A stretch of DNA of 64,000 nucleotides. Source: Macrostomum lignano (taxonomy: Eukaryota). The position numbers and the translations under genes were made by a program. The DNA is taken from contig NIVC01001331.1 of NCBI GenBank assembly GCA_002269645.1, forward strand, positions 124,001 through 188,000. Reading direction: 5' to 3'. Below, piece by piece: positions 38,594-64,000 of this stretch; the first letter of the stretch is position 1; the number at the start of each line of letters is the position of its first letter. Under the pieces are notes generated by a model. That model did not search any database. It was given only the letters and a program-made list of their open reading frames with translations, and was not told the origin of the DNA.

Positions 38594-38821
38594 TTATAAA
38601 TAACCCATTGATCGTTTCATGTCCTTCGAGCAAGGAAGCTTAAGGGCCCTTTTCCAAGACAACAGTTGAATAGCTCGATATCTTGCATGCATCCGTTGAA
38701 ATTTAAATTTTAACCCGAAGAGCATGCCAAGCATTTCTCTGTTGCAAAAATGTATTCTGAGTATGCTATTTTGTATGAAATCGTAATAATAAACTTTCAG
38801 TAATTCACGTACCTGATACAT
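38594..38821 (-). mobile_element. Possible degraded non-LTR retrotransposon fragment (post-RT region)
   Basis: LLKVYYYDFIQNSIL...Q...RAIQLL resembles the LL.LYY..I.S.L.Y...Q.RAIR pattern. Weak. Confidence 0.4.
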
Positions 38822-40736
38822 CTATTCCAGCTACAGTCCCCTTAGCAATTTATACTGTCTAGCTAGTTCACTATATAGGCTCACAAAGCAACCAGAATTA
38901 AACTACGACTATACATTCATGTCTCTCAGCGACAGCAAGTTGTCCATGGTTCAAATCAAGTAATTGATTGCAAATTTTGTTTCATTAGTTGGGCTAATAT
39001 AGCTGAAATTCTAGCTCCGAGGTTCGTTTACACATAACTCATTCGTATGTAGATTTTTACTTAAATCTGATGAACAGATGTAGATTTGAAGTGTGTCCGA
39101 AATTTTTTGACTGCCCTAAAGTACTCGCTTCATGCGACTCCTGATCGTAGATTCCTTTAGCTACGAGCTACAGTGTGCACTGTAACACAATCAAGCCTAA
39201 TAAAACAGTGCTATGATTGTGGGTCAAAACCAAAAACCATTCCAATCTATACTGCCTGCACTCAGGCTGACGCGGCGCCCCGCGGGTTCTGTCTGCGGCA
39301 CGGCCTACGTTCACACCCAAGTACAAGCTGTGACGCTGCTATAAGACATATTACAATGATTTTTGTTGTTAATGCTGTATTGTTGTTGTTTGTCCAAGCT
39401 TGAATTTTTGTCTCAAAGTCTTATATACATCATGTATACTTAAGTCGTCCTTTGAATGAAATTTCTGCACAGCCCTGATGCCCGGATGTTAAAAATAAAA
39501 AATGGTTAAAACTAATATTTAAATTTTTTAAGTAGTCGATCTCACCTGAGTTGTATCGTTTCTAAGCTATTCTTGTTTATTTGAATACTCGACATGTAAG
39601 TAGCATACCGGATTTACGAAGTCGTTTTTAGAAACTATAGACTCTTGGCGGTGATTTAACTAGAAAAGTTTGTCACAAATATTTCCTTTAAACGCCACAG
39701 CCTGTAACGAAAGAATTGTCTAAAAATCTGCTGCTGTCATTTGCGAAGTAAATTCAAGCGAACTTTCTATCGCTCTATCGTAAGAACGAAAATATGCTGA
39801 ATGCATCAAACGATAGTATACTTCGTAAGTTTTCAATAATTGCATGTATCTCATGTACCTAGAAGTCTAGTCGTTTTATAATTTATGCTGGACCTACAAA
39901 TTTCTTTATGAATGCTCATCGCTGTCGAGCAACGTATCAGATAGTGACTAATTGCATTGATATTGATTTTCAAGGAATAGCACAAGTGTCTTTACTTAAG
40001 TTAAGTATAAAAAACAAACCTAACACTTAAATAATATTTTCACTGCTAAGCTACTTTGATTAAAATATTGACATTTTAAATGTCGTCCTGGACGCAACTA
40101 CCACTCAATAAAACTAGATATTTAAAACAGTTTAAGTTTAAGAAAAAAAGTGTAAACCTTTGCTGGGTTTCATTTTCAGGAATTTTTTATTCATTCTAAG
40201 CTATTCTATTATTTTTCTGCTGCTCACCCTTATACCCTTCCTTCTAACAATGACTAAAGAGTTGTAAGCTAGCTTTAAAAATTATCTTTAAATGAAAAAA
40301 GGCATTTAAAAAAAGTAAGTTTCCAAAATTAGTAGAAAAAGTGTTTGTTGTCAAAACTAATTGGAAGGCCAGAAGCCTATACAATTGGAAAATATACATA
40401 ACTATACTTCTAGTTATTGCACAAGAATTCAACTAAATAGTCATAAAATCAGCTTTTCTCGATAGCCACTTCTTAGCATAGGAAAATATAAAAGTCTACC
40501 CTCTTTAATCTACTAGGTTCGATTTAATCTGTTAAAAGCAGAAATGCTTTTTAAGTTCACTATATGAGTTTATGACTAAACATATTATAAGAGTAGGAGT
40601 CACTTACATTTTCGTGGTAGTCATAAAGTATTTACAAATAGTTTATTTAAATCATACAAGAATAGACTATTGCAGTATCGTTAATAGTAAATAATAAATA
40701 AATAAAACTGCAAGCTTAAAATATTTGACAATCCAG

Positions 40737-47328
<6,592 letters not shown>

Positions 47329-47618
47329 CCTTTTAATGCAAATCGACTGCACTTTTTGAGCCGTCGACGTTCTATCTGATTTCTTGTGATTTTAGCGGAA
47401 TTTTAGTCAAGTTACGACACTTTTCGATTGTCGTATTTTTCCGGATTTTCTTCCGGATTTTCGACGACTATAATTTTCAGTTTTTGGTTTCGCTATTTCG
47501 TTCTGCAATTCGCTATGATTGAGAAATTCGAGATCAATTATAATGTATTACCTGCCAAAATTTAATAAACAGCTGCTTTATGTTAATTGCTACTTGGGAT
47601 AAAAATGATAAATAATAT

Positions 47619-47867
47619 TCATACTGTGTTGCTATCTCTGACTCTAGTTAATGGATCAATTAGTTCCTTGAACCACAAAGTCGGAGTTTTAAGGTTTTTG
47701 ACGTGATTTGCACGTATTTTTTCGACGCTGTGTAGCTCTCTTTTAATAGATTTATTAACCTTCTGCGACATTCCACATAAATATTTGTAACTGTATACTT
47801 TTTCGATGTGAATGCTATTAACTTGACCTCCCAACAAGATCAAGACGACTTTGTTGAGTGTGTACAC
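47619..47867 (-). mobile_element. Possible degraded LINE reverse-transcriptase C-terminal fragment
   Basis: IHIEKVYSYKYLCG resembles the IE.V..YKYLG RT motif. No other domains seen. Confidence 0.45.
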
Positions 47868-49555
47868 GTACTCTTACACATGTATGTACCGAGTATGTTG
47901 TCATTTAAACTTTCTACTTGTAAGGATTATATTTATAGCCTCTAAGAGAATTTTACATGTAACTATGATTACAAAGTGAAGTTTAAGTTTTTTTATTTGC
48001 AAACCTGCATGTAAATTGATTATTATAACTTGAGCCTTCGTTATAATAATCATTTTAACTGACTGTTATGGTTTTATTTTTTAAATTACTGTACGGCGTC
48101 AAAGCTCCACATTTAATTTTAAGCCATTTGCTTAAATCTATCAGAGGGTATTCGTCCATTTTTTGAATTGGGCGCGCAGTTACAAATAGAATTTTTACTT
48201 TCGAGGTGCTAATAGCTAAGTTATACCTCGAATAGAAAGTACATATGTACCTCGAACTCGTACTGTACGTATACATGAAATTTATTTTAAGAAAACTACT
48301 TTCGTTAGGAATGCCTTAGGGTAGTTAAAAATTACAGTGTTTGCAAAGACAAAAAATACACAAATGGTAGATTAGATAAAGTTGTACAGAATTTTTCGTA
48401 AATCTTGCGACACGGACGCGCACTATAGATGAAAAATGCTTTTGCACCGCAACATGGCCACCTAGTCAAGGCATGAATAAAACAACATTTTCGGTGTTTC
48501 GTAATGAAAAAAGAAAATCCTTGCTTATCGTATCGCTTCAAGAACAAAAATTAACTGAATCTGTTAGAAATCACCACTGATTTCTATTGTTCATTCAATT
48601 CAGTCACAGTAAGGCATAAAATCTAGCAAAACATAGAATTGTCAAATATAATAATTAAAACATTTGCTTCGTTGTTATTGACGGTACTCTTTATATTATT
48701 AAAACATTTGTTATAACGTTTGATTCCTAAACAAATTTCTACGAACATAAATTTTTAACTTGCATTTCCGCGCCATATTTTTGGTTAAAAGTTTAATCCT
48801 GTTAGCTTCAATTGAAGTTGATTTTCCCTTATTATACTTTTATTGTGCTTTCAGTTGTCGCTATGTACTTAATATTTTAGCTAGATAAAAGCAAACATTC
48901 ATAGCGTCATAGCGCTTAGTAAATTCATTTTAATGAATGAAAGGCTAATGATTGCGTATAATTTGTATCTTTAACGTTAATTTGACAAAATATTCCTAAT
49001 TTTTGGGAGCACTGCTCTGTAATTTTTTGTTAGATAATTATTTTGTTTTAGATTTATAAATAAGATAGATTTGCGTTACTATTTCGAAAAAACACAATAG
49101 TCTGGTCCTAACTCCTAATACTTAAAGAAAGCAGATTACTGCTACTGAAATTAGAAAGAAATGGTAGAAATCCTAAGTGGGTAATATAACGTAACGCTTT
49201 TACTTTAGGATACTTTTTCCTACAATATGTGTGTTTTATTTTCTCTTAATGTTCTCTCCTATAAGGAATATAGAAACATTGTCTGCTTTTGTATAACTTT
49301 CAGTTCAATATTTCTATGCTGTCCAGATACGGTATTTCACAGCTCAAGTATTTACTGCAGATTTCAGTACAATAAATTCAACCTGATATCTTAATATCGT
49401 TAATGTTATCTTTATCTTTGTAATATGTAGCTTTATTGATGTAAACAGTAAAATTATTTTAGAGATTTTTTGCAAGCGATTTATTAATAAAACATTGCAT
49501 AAACTTATAAAAAATTCAGTTGCATTGATTAAGTACTTTCCTTTTTCAGCTTGGC

Positions 49556-61565
<12,010 letters not shown>

Positions 61566-62569
61566 CGTGTTTGTAAATCTTGTAAACGGCTAAATAACCA
61601 GCGTCATAAGTTTCGAATTTTCAGCATACTTTTGAGCAGTTGTAATTGCTTGAAACTCGCTGATAATCAAAGAAATTTGGGCCAACAGGTTTTTTAATGT
61701 TTTCATTTCCATTAATATTACTGAGTGTAATTAATCATATGATATAGGACCTGTAGTGAGGTCCACCAATTCCGACTGGTGAAGCAAATTGTAGGTAGAA
61801 AATGTAGAAAAGTTAACAGAAGACAGTAGATACTTAGACGGACAGCCAGCCGTAATGACGTCATTCTGTGAATGAATCTCTGATTGGCTACTCGGCCGAT
61901 GACGTCATCTTTCAAAAAGCCCTGATTGGTTAATCCTATGATGACGTCATTTTAGCAATTTCTATAAAAATGCATGATTTTTGTATGAATTTTCGGTAAA
62001 GTACGACGTTCTGTCGATCCATAAAAATAGTTTTTTAAGCTAAAAAATAATACCGCATAAAAAATATGATTACTGACATCACTGCACCATCTACGAGTAC
62101 TTCTTGAATTACTTCTCATCAATTATCACCTTAGTTCTCGTTGGATATTGCTGTGCAAAAACTTAATGCTCGGGCTGTGCCCGTCACAAAAATTTGCTTA
62201 TTGACTGATTATTAAATATTTAGTTCCTATGCGTCATTGTTGGCGTCCTATATTGTACCTTTTTGCAGAATTACCAAAGTATTTTTAATAGATAAATAGA
62301 TAATCAATTTCACAGGTTTACTAGTAGTAGTACGTATCGAGCGGATAGCTATAGATTAAAGCAACTTTTATTCGGGTTTTCAGCAGTAGTTTAATTCCCA
62401 AGCCTACGAGTATTAGAATGAACTCAATGATTTATATTATTATTATTTTGCATTAATATATATTGTGATAGTAACGATTAAAAATTGCAGCAGAAATTAA
62501 ATGGGATGTTGAATTGAAGTCGCGTTTTATTGGTAAAAGTACTTATTTATTTTTACAGGCTAACTTGCG

Positions 62570-63395
62570 TGTTTAGAGTTAGGGTTTAGTGACTGGTGTG
62601 TATTAAGGTTTAGTGACTTAAGGTTTTAGGATTTGGGATTTAGTGACTGGTGTGTTTAAGGTTTAGTGACTGGTGTTTTTAAGGTTTAGTGACTGGTGTG
62701 TTTAGGTTTAGTGACTGGTGTGTTTAAGGTTTAGTGACTGGTGTGTTTAAGGTTTAGTGACTGGTGTGTTTAAGGTTTAGTGACTGGTGTGTTTAAGGTT
62801 TAGTGACTGGTGTGTTTAGGTTTAGTGACTGGTGTGTTTAGGTTTAGTGTCTGGTGTGTTTAGGGTTAGTGACTGGTGTGTTTAAGGTTTAGTAACTGGT
62901 GTATTTAAGGTTTAGTGACTTAGGTTTTAGGGTTTGGGGTTTAGTGACTGGTGTGTTTAAGGTTTAGTAACTGGTGTGTTCAAGGTTTAGTGTCTGGTGT
63001 GTTTAAGGTTTAGTGACTGGTGTGTTTAGGGTTAGTGACTGGTGTGTTTAAGGTTAGTGACTGGTGTGTTTATGTTTAGTGTCTGGTGTGTTTAGGTTTA
63101 GTGACTGGTGTGTTTAGGTTTAGTGACTGGTGTGTTTAGGTTTAGTGACTGGTGTGTTTAAGGTTTAGTGACTTAGGTTTTAGGGTTTGGGGTTTAGTGA
63201 CTGGTGTGTTTAAGGTTTAGTAACTGGTGTGTTCAAGGTTTAGTGTCTGGTGTGTTTAAGGTTTAGTGACTGGTGTGTTTAGGTTTAGTGACTGGTGTGT
63301 TTAGGTTTAATAACTGGTGTGTTTAGGGGTTTAGTGCCTGATGTGTTTAGATTTAGTGACTGGTGTGTATTTAGGTTTAGTGACTGGTGTGTTTA
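62570..63395. repeat. 22-23-bp minisatellite (TTTAGTGACTGGTGTGTTTAAGG)
   Basis: About 36 copies between ODF2 and the right-edge gene. Confidence 0.96.
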
Positions 63396-63765
63396 GTGAC
63401 AGGGGGTCATAAGGTGATAGCGGCTCAAAGAGGATGCATCACTCCACTGCTTGTCTGTGAAACGTATTTAAAATTCACTTTAATTAGCAAGTTCGTCTTG
63501 ATATCGGATATTGACTTCAACAATGCAGCTAAAATGAAATCGCATCGTTCACAATACTGGAAAATATATTTTTCAATGTTTCATTTCGAAATAAAACGGA
63601 TGCAGGTACAATAAAATATGATCCGTCTGGTCGATAACGTCATCACACGTCATGAGCAATCTTTTGAAAGGAAACAGTTAAAAAAAGGATAGGTAATGAG
63701 GGCTTATGTGTTCCGTACAAATAATTCCCGAGTTACGTGGAAAACAATTTCATTGTATTTTGTTT

Positions 63766-64000
63766 TCAATTGCGCGGTTTAACCCTGAGCACGCCGTGAT
63801 CGATGACTTCGGACACGGCGTACCTGTCCGAGACGTGGCGCGGACGCGGCGGCGCCTTCCGGCGTCCGGCGCCGGCCGAGTTGTGAGCGGAGGCGTCCTC
63901 GACCAGGTAGTCCTCGGCGTACCAGACGTCCCAGTCCCAGTGCCAGTTGCGCCCGTCCTCGGCGTAGATCAGCATGCTGTGTTTGGCCCGGCGCTCCTCC
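63766..64000 (-). CDS. 3' part of an unidentified protein-coding exon entering from beyond the window
   Basis: GC-rich, exon-like composition and an open frame from the window edge: EERRAKHSMLIYAEDGRNWHWDWDVWYAEDYLVED...VIDHGVLRVKPRN*. It switches abruptly to AT-rich sequence after the stop. Confidence 0.55.
   Translation of the reverse strand, partial: EERRAKHSMLIYAEDGRNWHWDWDVWYAEDYLVEDASAHNSAGAGRRKAPPRPRHVSDRYAVSEVIDHGVLRVKPRN

Noticed and set aside
62570-63395. Interstitial telomeric repeat
   Set aside because: It contains TTAGG/TTTAGG-like words, but the unit is 22-23 bp and there are no tandem TTAGGG hexamers. The same holds for 50025-50375.

Overview
Eukaryotic, intron-rich animal genomic DNA with no prokaryotic features. 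GC-rich exons sit among AT-rich spacers, and most long introns are filled by their own mini- or microsatellite. This style suggests a free-living flatworm such as Macrostomum, but that is inference only. Spliced gene models were built by hand from GT/AG sites and reading phase: CRNKL1/crooked-neck (3 exons, one 1-nt frameshift), GSTZ1 (3 exons, intact), SUPT20H (single exon), an unrecognised secreted acidic mucin-like protein whose C-terminus is interrupted by a MITE, SDCCAG8 (10 visible exons, first exon not found), ODF2/cenexin (about 9 exons), a bifunctional pseudouridine-5'-phosphate glycosidase/pseudouridine kinase gene nested antisense in an ODF2 intron, and the end of an unidentified minus-strand gene at the right edge. 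Mobile DNA comprises an RT-deleted Ty3/gypsy relic, a dead full-length DD34D mariner, two MITEs, an RTE LINE 3' end, other LINE scraps and a tRNA-derived CORE-type SINE. The strongest leads are: a MITE insertion whose empty site restores a sixth cysteine to the secreted protein; an intron built from tandem copies of its own exon/donor junction; a probable lineage-specific CxxC-x7-CxxC exon in ODF2; the nested catabolic gene; and closely spaced same-strand gene runs that could be trans-spliced operons. Most long ORFs in the supplied track are translation artefacts of tandem repeats. Homology calls rest on remembered motifs; no database search was run.
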